From positions 640,001 through 704,000 of the forward strand of contig OZ240248.1 in NCBI GenBank assembly GCA_965198235.1: a stretch of DNA of 64,000 nucleotides. Reading direction: 5' to 3'. The position numbers and the translations under genes were made by a program. Of this stretch, positions 38,355 through 46,753 are shown piece by piece. The notes beneath the pieces are model-generated. The model saw only the letters and a program-made list of their open reading frames with translations. It did not search any database and was not told the DNA's origin. This stretch comes from Candidatus Poribacteria bacterium. Its GTDB lineage: Bacteria > Poribacteria > WGA-4E > WGA-3G. How positions within the stretch are numbered: position 1 is the stretch's first letter; every line of letters begins with the position of its first letter.

Positions 38355-38795
38355 TTAGCACTGGGTAAACGGAGGACCTCTATGGGATAGAGAGTGGTCG
38401 GGGAAAAACGTGGAGGTTAGAGGCACGAGGGAATTCTCGAACAATTCCCACGGTGCAATAGGTAAAGTTACTGAGAGAGGAAGAATTGAGACGAGAGGCT
38501 GCTCAATCAACCCACGTGATTCGTGAGCGTTGTATCTATCGTCTGGAAGAACGAGTTCTAAATTTTTCGAGCAGCAGGATTTACCGCTTTCTGATGGAGT
38601 TTCGGTTTCATCTGCTGTGCCTGCTTCGACACTTTGGCAGCAGATTGAGCGTGTTTCAGCATTTCCGTCCAAGACTTCTTGAGATCCGTCGTGGCAGAAC
38701 TTTTGTTCTAAAGTTGCACAAAGAAACGGGCATACTGAATAAACGTACAATAGTCCTACAAGTAGAATGAGAATTTGCCGATGTTTTCGTAACAC
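38355..38795 (-). CDS. Cys-rich secreted/membrane protein with C-terminal RGPP (DUF2946/CruR/CutF-like leader candidate)
   Basis: N-terminal hydrophobic segment; CPFLC, CH, CC, CC; ends HRGPPFTQC; first gene of the metal efflux cluster. Confidence 0.65.
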   Translation of the reverse strand: MLRKHRQILILLVGLLYVYSVCPFLCATLEQKFCHDGSQEVLDGNAETRSICCQSVEAGTADETETPSESGKSCCSKNLELVLPDDRYNAHESRGLIEQPLVSILPLSVTLPIAPWELFENSLVPLTSTFFPDHSLSHRGPPFTQC

Positions 38796-39139
38796 TGTTC
38801 AATAAACTCCGCTGTTTTCGTCAGAAAATGGAAACCGAATGAAATACTTTAGGATACTATACACCAAAATCTCAAAAAGTTGCAAGAAAAAAACAGACAG
38901 CCTAAGGCATTTAATTTTGGTGTATCTTTCAAGTATGAGGAATCATTGGTCAACTTCGCAGGATAAGCTTCGTTTTTTATAAGACTGCTACATTATTTGA
39001 GACCGCATCGAAGGAGAATATTACACTGGTGTAACGCTTTTAGGAACACGTCGATGAAGGCGTGCCAAAAGCAGAAACAATTTGGAGTCGAGGATTCAGC
39101 GACAGATCCGTTAAATACACAATAAAAGTTGAATTTAAG

Positions 39140-39168
39140 TTGCATTTCAGATGCAAATGAGATATACT
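39140..39168 (+). promoter_or_regulatory. sigma70-like promoter of msrP with overlapping palindrome
   Basis: TTGCAT-17-TATACT; TTGCAT-N5-ATGCAA inverted repeat over the -35 box. Confidence 0.5.
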
Positions 39169-39289
39169 ACTTGGCAAATCTCGCTCCTGCATCTGTAGCA
39201 CTCTGAAGTGTCGCTCTCCGTCTTCTAAGTAAAATAACAGAAGATAGTCAAATCATTGTCCTTAATAAATTACAACGGAGGAAAACCTC

Positions 39290-40249
39290 ATGGCGCATAT
39301 TAAAATTCCAAAGGGATGGGAAATCCGTGAAAATCAGGTGACATCTGAATCAGATTATATGAACCGCCGGAAATTCATCAAAGACTTAGGGATAGCGAGT
39401 GCGAGTACCTTACTCATCTCGAGTTCAAACGCGTGCGCGCAGAATAAAGGGGTAGAAAAGCAGTTGGAACCCTTCCGCGCGCAAAAACTTGCTGCCGAAA
39501 ATAATACAAACTTTACTGTAAATAGGCAGATGACTGATGAAGTTACTGCTGCTACTTACAACAATTACTATGAGTTTACCAATAGGAAAGACCGTGTTTG
39601 GAAAAAAGTGGATAAATTTAGAACACGCCCGTGGGAAGTTGAAATATCGGGATTAGTCGAAAAGCCGATGACGTTGGATGTGGATGACTTAATCAAGCAG
39701 ATGCCGATTGAAGAGCGAATCTACCGGTTACGCTGTGTTGAAGCGTGGGCGATGGTGGTGCCTTGGATCGGCTTTCCAATGAAAGCGTTGCTTGAAAAAG
39801 TTCAACCTAAGGCTGAAGCCCAGTACGTTCGGATGCTCACATTTTTGGACGCTGACATGGCACCCGAGCAACAGAACGTACGCATGCCGTGGCCCTATTT
39901 TGAAGGACTAACGCTTGCCGAGGCAATGAACGACTTGACGCTACTCACTGTCGGCATTTATGGGCATATCTTGCCGCCGCAGCACGGGGCACCTATTCGT
40001 CTCATCGTCCCTTGGAAGTATGGATTTAAAAGTATTAAGTCCATTGTCAGTATTGAGTTGACTGACCAGAAGCCGCGGACTTTTTGGAATACGCTCGCGC
40101 CGAGGGAGTATGGCTTTGAAGCAAACGTCAACCCTAATGTGCCACACCCCCGTTGGTCGCAAGCCCGCGAACGGATGATTGGAACTGGGGAGAGGCACCC
40201 AACGGTGATTTACAACGGCTATGGCAGCCATGTCGCACACCTCTATTAA
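39290..40249 (+). CDS. msrP: protein-methionine-sulfoxide reductase catalytic subunit MsrP (YedY)
   Basis: Tat NRRKF; YNNYYEF; RLRCVEAW; GAPIRLIVPWKYGFKSIK; HPRWSQA. Confidence 0.95.
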   Translation: MAHIKIPKGWEIRENQVTSESDYMNRRKFIKDLGIASASTLLISSSNACAQNKGVEKQLEPFRAQKLAAENNTNFTVNRQMTDEVTAATYNNYYEFTNRKDRVWKKVDKFRTRPWEVEISGLVEKPMTLDVDDLIKQMPIEERIYRLRCVEAWAMVVPWIGFPMKALLEKVQPKAEAQYVRMLTFLDADMAPEQQNVRMPWPYFEGLTLAEAMNDLTLLTVGIYGHILPPQHGAPIRLIVPWKYGFKSIKSIVSIELTDQKPRTFWNTLAPREYGFEANVNPNVPHPRWSQARERMIGTGERHPTVIYNGYGSHVAHLY

Positions 40250-40299
40250 GGTAAGTTTTTCAAAGCGGCAACGCAACTACTTGAAATAGCAGGGTACAG

Positions 40300-41559
40300 A
40301 TGGATAGAAAACAGACAATCACAAAAACTTTTCTTGGACTCTTCTGCTCGATTTTGCTACTATTCGTCGGATGTGATGAGTTTCGGCCGGACATGTTTGA
40401 GAAAAAAGAAGCTAAACCTGAGATTGGCTCCGTTGATGGCAGTGTTGTCACGGCGAATACTAAATTTGGTTTTAACCTGTTCGATGAAATCCGCAAAACT
40501 GAGCAGGATAAGAATATTTTTATCTCACCCTTCAGTATTTCTGTTGCCTTGGCAATGACACTGAACGGCGCATCCGGCGAAACCGAGCAGGCGATGACCG
40601 ATACGTTGCAACTGCAAGGATTAGACTCTGCATCGATTAACACCGGCTATGCCGGACTGCGCCAAATACTTTTGACATCAGACCCGAAAGTGACACTTAC
40701 GATTGCAAACTCACTTTGGGCACGCAAGGGTAGCCCATTCAAGCAGGATTTCCTGCAGCGAAACACCCAATTTTTCGGCGCGGAGATTTCAACACTGGAT
40801 TTTAACGATCCGAGTGCTTCAAAAACAATTAATCAGTGGGTAGATACCAATACAAATGGCAAAATTCAAAAAATCATTGATAAAATTGGCCCAGGCACGG
40901 TGTTGTTTCTGATTAACGCTATCTACTTCAAAGGTACATGGCATAAAGAATTCGACCCATCAAAGACACGAGAGGGTCCCTTCCATCTCGCAAATGGCGA
41001 TGAAAAACAGATACCAATGATGAGAAAACTTCACTGGTATCCATACTACCGAGGAGAGAACTTTCAAGCGATTCGCCTCGCTTATGGTGATGGGCAGATG
41101 AGTATGTATATTTTTCTGCCCGACCGTGAATCCGACCTCAACATCTTTTTAGAGAACTTAAACGCCGAGGGTTGGGAGAATTGGATGTCGCAGTTTCGCG
41201 GACAAGACGTGTCCCTCGTTATGCCTAAATTTAAGTTGGAATATAGAAAGACGCTTAATGATCCGCTAAAAGCACTTGGCATGGACATCGCGTTTAAGCA
41301 AGGTCTTGCAGATTTCAGCCGCATGGCACCTTTAGAGATTTCAGATGTCAAGTTGTATATTGAAAAAGTTGTCCATAAAACCTTCGTTGAAGTCAACGAA
41401 GAAGGTACTGAAGCCGCCGCGGCGACCAGTGTTGAGGTCGGCGCAGTCAGTGTGCCACCACCACCAATTTCTTTTAGTGTAGACCGGCCCTTCTTCTTTG
41501 CGATTCGTGATAATGAGACAAAGACGGTGCTATTTATGGGTGTTGTTGTAGAACCATAG
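40300..41559 (+). CDS. serpin family lipoprotein
   Basis: Lipobox FVGC; NIFISPFSI, NAIYFKG.W, EEGTEAAAATS hinge and DRPFFF motifs. Confidence 0.93.
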   Translation: MDRKQTITKTFLGLFCSILLLFVGCDEFRPDMFEKKEAKPEIGSVDGSVVTANTKFGFNLFDEIRKTEQDKNIFISPFSISVALAMTLNGASGETEQAMTDTLQLQGLDSASINTGYAGLRQILLTSDPKVTLTIANSLWARKGSPFKQDFLQRNTQFFGAEISTLDFNDPSASKTINQWVDTNTNGKIQKIIDKIGPGTVLFLINAIYFKGTWHKEFDPSKTREGPFHLANGDEKQIPMMRKLHWYPYYRGENFQAIRLAYGDGQMSMYIFLPDRESDLNIFLENLNAEGWENWMSQFRGQDVSLVMPKFKLEYRKTLNDPLKALGMDIAFKQGLADFSRMAPLEISDVKLYIEKVVHKTFVEVNEEGTEAAAATSVEVGAVSVPPPPISFSVDRPFFFAIRDNETKTVLFMGVVVEP

Positions 41560-42570
41560 GTGAAAATGTATGATGATTCAGGGAAAATACCTTCCCTCCA
41601 AAGGATCCGGTGGAAGTGGGCAATGGTTGTGCTGTATCAAAAACTCTTCTCGTGGCTATGGGCGAAAGGTATTGTTTTTACCGTCCTATTACTACCAATA
41701 TTTTCGGCATCGGCAACTTGGGAGTCAGTAGAGAGCCCACACTTCCGAGTCTACTATCAGAAAGGAACAGTAGATCCAGCGTCAATCCTTCAGATTGCGG
41801 AGGACTTCTATGCCGAAATGCCGCAGTTGACAAGTCGTATCCCGGCGGGAATGATTGACATCTGGGTGTGTGACACACAAAAAGAGTTTCAGACTTCCGT
41901 TCATGCTCCGATTCAGGATTGGGCGGTTGGGTGTGCCTTTCCGTTGAGTAGACGTATCGTCATCCAAAACCCGAAACATATTGTCCTTGCGAAACTGCAG
42001 TTAGCACAAGTCTTGCGTCACGAAATTGCACATGTCCTCTTTGGACAGTGCACGCGTAAAGCCGTTAGAGAAATCCCACTATGGTTCGTAGAAGGCATCG
42101 CAATTTATTTTGCTGATGAATGGGTGCCGAGCCGCCACAAAACATTGCTAAAACATATTTTCTCAAAATCTATCCTGCCGCTTCAGGAACTGGAGCGGCG
42201 TTTTCCGCGTTCGCAAGGCGGTGCGGATTTGGCGTATGCTGAAAGTCAGGATGCACTCCGTTGGTTAGTCGAAGTCAAAGGTAGAGATGTGCTGTTTTCG
42301 CTGATTGCGGAACTCCACGCTGGCAGCAATTTCAATACTGCTTTTGAAACTGCGGTTGGATGGGATATTGCCACCTATGATATCCATTGGCGCGAATCGT
42401 TGACGGAACGTTATCAATGGGCATCCCTCTTTTCTAATTCTTACGTCTTGTGGGGAGGCTTCGGTGGACTTGCCCTTATTGGTTATCTCGTCTGCTGGAA
42501 TCGTAGACGACGGCACTTGAATAAACTCGCGCAACAAGAAGACACTGTTGACGCATTCTTCAAAATTTAA
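41560..42570 (+). CDS. peptidase MA/gluzincin-like metallopeptidase with C-terminal TM anchor
   Basis: LRHEIAH (HExxH), P.WF.EG.A and AY.ES motifs; start uncertain. Confidence 0.82.
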   Translation: MKMYDDSGKIPSLQRIRWKWAMVVLYQKLFSWLWAKGIVFTVLLLPIFSASATWESVESPHFRVYYQKGTVDPASILQIAEDFYAEMPQLTSRIPAGMIDIWVCDTQKEFQTSVHAPIQDWAVGCAFPLSRRIVIQNPKHIVLAKLQLAQVLRHEIAHVLFGQCTRKAVREIPLWFVEGIAIYFADEWVPSRHKTLLKHIFSKSILPLQELERRFPRSQGGADLAYAESQDALRWLVEVKGRDVLFSLIAELHAGSNFNTAFETAVGWDIATYDIHWRESLTERYQWASLFSNSYVLWGGFGGLALIGYLVCWNRRRRHLNKLAQQEDTVDAFFKI

Positions 42571-42576
42571 AAACCC

Positions 42577-43575
42577 ATGAACGCCTATCTCCTCTACATT
42601 GCCCTCTGCTTTATCTGTTTCGCTTCCGCTGCGATCGCCCAATCCAAACAACTCGCGCAGTATTCCAATCAACTGACGCGCGATGGGCACATCGTTGTTC
42701 TACCCGACCACGGCACCGTCTACATTGTTTCCGATCTGCATGCACATTGGGACGATTTTAACCAATGGTTACAACTCACAAAACTGGTTGAACGAATTCA
42801 AGCGGACGAAGATGTTTACGGATTGATACTTGGTGATGCAGTTGATTATAAGCCTGATGAACCGAGACACCCGCCTTACGGGGACACACTCATCGTCGAT
42901 CGGGTTATGGAACTCCAAAGACAACTTGGTGATAAGGGTGAAAGGATCATCTATCTCCGAGGAAATCACGAATTCGCCGCTGCAGATGCCTATGCAATGC
43001 TCAAAAGGCAAGGGATGACGGCACAGAACCGGAGGCACTTTATTCGCGCTTTATATGAAAGTCCTCTCGGTGCCTATTATGAGCAGTTCAATTTTATTGA
43101 AAGAATGACGGACACACATTATGAATTTCTGACGAATCTCCCGACGGTGGCCGTTGGAAAAAACGGCTTCGTCGGTATTCATGCGGGTCCCGCGCGTTTT
43201 GTCACCAGCCTCGCCGATCTGGTCAATCCGAACCCCAAAACCCTTGAGGAACTCCTTTGGCATCGTCCAGAGATCGCTTACAGCGGTGGATACACCTTAA
43301 CACATATTAAAAATTTCCTTGAAGCCATCCATGGGAATATCCTTATCGTTGGACATACCCCGATTCATTATTTTCCAAGGCAAAATGTCAGAGATGGTAT
43401 AGCGACGTTCGGTGAAAGCCAACTCATTTTTTCGACAGGCTACAGTGGTCGACCTGGAATTCCTTCGTATATTGAAATTGACTTGGCAGAGACGTATCCG
43501 TCTGTAAATGTGATGAAGTTAGGTACAAATATCCATCACCTCTATAGCGGAACTCGAAAGCCAAAATCCGACTAA
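42577..43575 (+). CDS. secreted calcineurin-like metallophosphoesterase
   Basis: SDLH, GDAVD, GNHE, HAG and GHT motifs. Confidence 0.88.
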   Translation: MNAYLLYIALCFICFASAAIAQSKQLAQYSNQLTRDGHIVVLPDHGTVYIVSDLHAHWDDFNQWLQLTKLVERIQADEDVYGLILGDAVDYKPDEPRHPPYGDTLIVDRVMELQRQLGDKGERIIYLRGNHEFAAADAYAMLKRQGMTAQNRRHFIRALYESPLGAYYEQFNFIERMTDTHYEFLTNLPTVAVGKNGFVGIHAGPARFVTSLADLVNPNPKTLEELLWHRPEIAYSGGYTLTHIKNFLEAIHGNILIVGHTPIHYFPRQNVRDGIATFGESQLIFSTGYSGRPGIPSYIEIDLAETYPSVNVMKLGTNIHHLYSGTRKPKSD

Positions 43576-43606
43576 AGGGACATTTTCGTCAGAAAGACAC
43601 TCACCC

Positions 43607-44503
43607 ATGCGACCACTCGCTTACATCATGACCCCGGTGTTGATTCTTACCATTATCCTCGCTTCTCGTTTCGTAACATGGGATGCAATAAAGGGGGAAA
43701 AACCACAGGCGCAAGCAGACGTACAGGAGGGGACAGTATCATTGAGGACATGGAAGATTCCACACGCAATAACGGCGTTTACGCGTGCTATTGAGACTGA
43801 ACCCAAATACGCTGAAGCTTACGTGAAACGTGGACTTGCCTATTACCGTGCGGGGCAGTACAAAGCAGCTATCGCGGATTACACCCGAACGTTAGACCTG
43901 AATCGGTATCACGCCGATGCGTACGCAAGTCGTGGCGATGCTTATCGAGCGTTAGGGGACATGCAACACGCTATTGCGGATTACTCAGCCTCGTTGGAAA
44001 AAAGGTGGAACGCCCACGTTATACGAAGGCGCGCACAAACCTATTTTGAACAGGGCGACGTTCAGAATGCGTTCGCCGACTACAGTACTGTAATTAAGCG
44101 GCAACCGAGTGCCGTGGCTTACTACGCACGTGGTAACGCCTACCTACGGCTTTCCACCGAAAGTGACGAAAACCGTTTAAGACTCGCTTTGGTAGATCTG
44201 AATCAGGCTATTGGTTTGGAACAGCGTTTTGCCGGTGCTTATATCAATCGCGCTCAGGTTCACGCACGTTTGGGAGAACAGGTATCGGCAAACTCTGATT
44301 ACACAGACGCTGTAGAACTCTTCACTGAAACAATTCAAACATGGCAAGGTGAACCGAACGCGCTTACACAGGTTTACCTCTGGCGTGCCTTCGCTTACCA
44401 AAAATTGGGCGAAATTGGTAAAGCAGAAACAGATGTCCATGAAATGTATAAACGCGTTTTTAGTTTTTTCTTGAAAAAAGCAAGAAATTGTGATATACTA
44501 TAA
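43607..44503 (+). CDS. membrane-anchored TPR protein
   Basis: N-terminal TM segment; AY..RG...AIADY repeats. Confidence 0.88.
   Translation: MRPLAYIMTPVLILTIILASRFVTWDAIKGEKPQAQADVQEGTVSLRTWKIPHAITAFTRAIETEPKYAEAYVKRGLAYYRAGQYKAAIADYTRTLDLNRYHADAYASRGDAYRALGDMQHAIADYSASLEKRWNAHVIRRRAQTYFEQGDVQNAFADYSTVIKRQPSAVAYYARGNAYLRLSTESDENRLRLALVDLNQAIGLEQRFAGAYINRAQVHARLGEQVSANSDYTDAVELFTETIQTWQGEPNALTQVYLWRAFAYQKLGEIGKAETDVHEMYKRVFSFFLKKARNCDIL
44471..44499 (+). promoter_or_regulatory. sigma70-like promoter of the BMC locus
   Basis: TTGAAA-17-TATACT. Confidence 0.55.
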
Positions 44504-44650
44504 GAGTGGGGTTTCAGCATTTCGCTTGATTTTCCCCTTTTTTTACGCGTGGATTCGCGATCAGGAAATTGCTTCTACTGTACGACTCACAAGTTAAAAA
44601 CTTGATTTTATTCCTGAATTAATTTTCAATAGGAGGCTCTTAGAATTAAT

Positions 44651-44926
44651 ATGACCGGAGAAGCATTGGGTTTAGTTGAAACGAGAGGCTTAGTTGGGAG
44701 CATTGAAGCTGCCGATGCTATGGTGAAAGCGGCAAATGTTCATCTCATTGGTTATCAGCAAATTGGTGCTGGCTACGTGACTGTCATGGTTCGTGGCGAT
44801 GTTGGTGCCGTGAAAGCTGCAACGGATGTTGGTGCCGAGGCTGCGGCGCGTGTCGGTGAAGTTGTTTCGGTTCATGTGATTCCGCGACCACACGCTGAAG
44901 TCGAAACTATGTTGCCAAAATCTTAA
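44651..44926 (+). CDS. bacterial microcompartment hexamer shell protein (EutM/PduA-like)
   Basis: [29 protein letters not shown] and VIPRPH motifs; AGGAGG RBS. Confidence 0.96.
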   Translation: MTGEALGLVETRGLVGSIEAADAMVKAANVHLIGYQQIGAGYVTVMVRGDVGAVKAATDVGAEAAARVGEVVSVHVIPRPHAEVETMLPKS

Positions 44927-45005
44927 ATTAGGTAGTCCGCGGATTCATTGGACGTTCCTTGTTCCATGACGTTCAGTATATCCTAACCAAGAAGGCAGAA
45001 CATAG

Positions 45006-45719
45006 ATGCCAGACCGTGCCCTTGTTGAGTTGATTACCCGGCGTGTTGTTAATAGACTGACAACAGACCAGGCATGTAGCGGTTGTGCTTTGCGGACTTG
45101 TGATGCAGGAAACCGCGCTTGCGATGCTGTCGCACAGCAGCAGCAGATTCCGGTTGGGGTTTCAGCACGACATGCCCATGTAACGCAGAAGCACCTTGAA
45201 ATTTTATACGGTGCCGGACATCAACTTACTGTCTACGCCCCACTCTATCAACCCGGAGCATTCGCCGCAAATGAGACGTTAACTATCGTTGGGAAACGGA
45301 TGCGCGCTATTGAAGCGGTTCGTATCCTTGGTCCCGTGCGAGATTATTCCCAAGTCGAAGTCGCTCAAACGGAAGCAATCCGGCTTGGATTAAACCCGCC
45401 CATTCGAGACTCAGGTGACCTTGTCGGTGCGGACCCTATTACCCTCGTAGGTCCCGCCGGAAGCATTTATTTGCATGAAGGGGCAATCTGTGCGACGCGA
45501 CACATCCACATGACCCCCGGAGATGCTAACGCACTCGGTATTCGCGAGGACGACCTTTTAAAAGTGCACTTCCGTGGCGAGCGTGCTTTAACCCTTGAAA
45601 ACGTCCGTCCCAAAATTTCTGAAGATTATGTGCTTCAGATGCACTTAGATACCGACGATGCCAATGCGGCAGGTTTACAAGGCGGCGAACCCGTTGAAAT
45701 CGTACGTGATGCAGGTTGA
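45006..45719 (+). CDS. pduL: phosphate propanoyl/acetyltransferase PduL
   Basis: VSARH.H, RHIHMTP and MHLDTDDANA motifs; N-terminal amphipathic encapsulation-like helix. Confidence 0.92.
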   Translation: MPDRALVELITRRVVNRLTTDQACSGCALRTCDAGNRACDAVAQQQQIPVGVSARHAHVTQKHLEILYGAGHQLTVYAPLYQPGAFAANETLTIVGKRMRAIEAVRILGPVRDYSQVEVAQTEAIRLGLNPPIRDSGDLVGADPITLVGPAGSIYLHEGAICATRHIHMTPGDANALGIREDDLLKVHFRGERALTLENVRPKISEDYVLQMHLDTDDANAAGLQGGEPVEIVRDAG

Positions 45720-45751
45720 GACGTACAGGTTTCTTAATATTTTGAGGCAGT

Positions 45752-46498
45752 ATGAATCAGGAGCTGATTGACCAGATTAGGAGAATCGTGGAGAGGGTAC
45801 TGCAAGAGCAAACGCCGATTTCCACGCAAATTACACACGAAAAACGACTACTCGCTATTTTTGGTGCAACACAACTTGAGTTAGATGAACCAATCCAGCA
45901 GCTTCACACTTGCAGACAAAATGGATGGAAAATTACAATAATTCTGTCCGATCTCGCAAATAAAGTTACAAACCTCGAACCGATTCAGGTCGCATTTGGC
46001 GAAGAGAACGTTTTGCAGGAGAATGCCCTAAGCAATATAGCAACTTTTGTGGAGACTTATCAGCAAATTGTGCTCCCTGTCTTCTCATATCCGATGGCTG
46101 CGAAGCTCGCGTTAAGGTTGGTGGACACGCCGTGTACCTATCTGGTGTTTGAAGCACTCTCTAAGGGAAAGAAAGTTATAGCAGTCTCTGACGCACTTAA
46201 TCAGAGTGAAGTTTCCGTAAAAATGGGTCCTATTTTCAGTAAACTTGAAAACGATTATGTAAACGCTTTGTCTGAACTTGGCGTTCAATTGGTACCAATG
46301 ACCCAAATCGCCGAGTCGATCGTACAGAGAGCAAGTGGTTCGCGTGCTTTTGTGGAAGAAACTTTAATTAGCGCAACGACTATTTCAAATCTGGATGCGG
46401 ATGTGCGAGAATTAGTTCATGCAAATCCAGCGACTATTACGCCACTCGCCCGTGAGCACGCGAAAAAAAGAGGTATTGAACTGATACCTAAAAACTAA
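45752..46498 (+). CDS. BMC-associated flavoprotein-like protein
   Basis: N-terminal encapsulation-like helix; AAKLAL...D flavoprotein-like core; ITPLARE C-terminal motif. Confidence 0.65.
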   Translation: MNQELIDQIRRIVERVLQEQTPISTQITHEKRLLAIFGATQLELDEPIQQLHTCRQNGWKITIILSDLANKVTNLEPIQVAFGEENVLQENALSNIATFVETYQQIVLPVFSYPMAAKLALRLVDTPCTYLVFEALSKGKKVIAVSDALNQSEVSVKMGPIFSKLENDYVNALSELGVQLVPMTQIAESIVQRASGSRAFVEETLISATTISNLDADVRELVHANPATITPLAREHAKKRGIELIPKN

Positions 46499-46500
46499 GA

Positions 46501-46528
46501 ATTGGTAAAACCATTCAGTTTTACCAAT
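46501..46528 (+). terminator. hairpin at the end of the BMC operon
   Basis: 11-bp stem ATTGGTAAAAC/GTTTTACCAAT directly after the stop; weak U tract. Confidence 0.5.
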
Positions 46529-46606
46529 ACATTAAGAAGCCCGTTCGTTCTTAAAGGGTGAGCCGTGATTAGGGTGTCTGAACTATTGAATGGCGTTGAT
46601 TAATCC

Positions 46607-46635
46607 TTGACAATTCTTAAAAAAAATTGTATCAT
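46607..46635 (+). promoter_or_regulatory. sigma70-like promoter
   Basis: TTGACA-17-TATCAT. Confidence 0.65.
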
Positions 46636-46753
46636 TTCTATGGCAATTTGATTAAGATAATTTACCTTTGATACTCACGCGTCACCGCGCTCGGTGAGTA
46701 GAAGCCTATTGACAATGCCAAATGAAGGACATGAACATAGGAGGAGGATTCTC

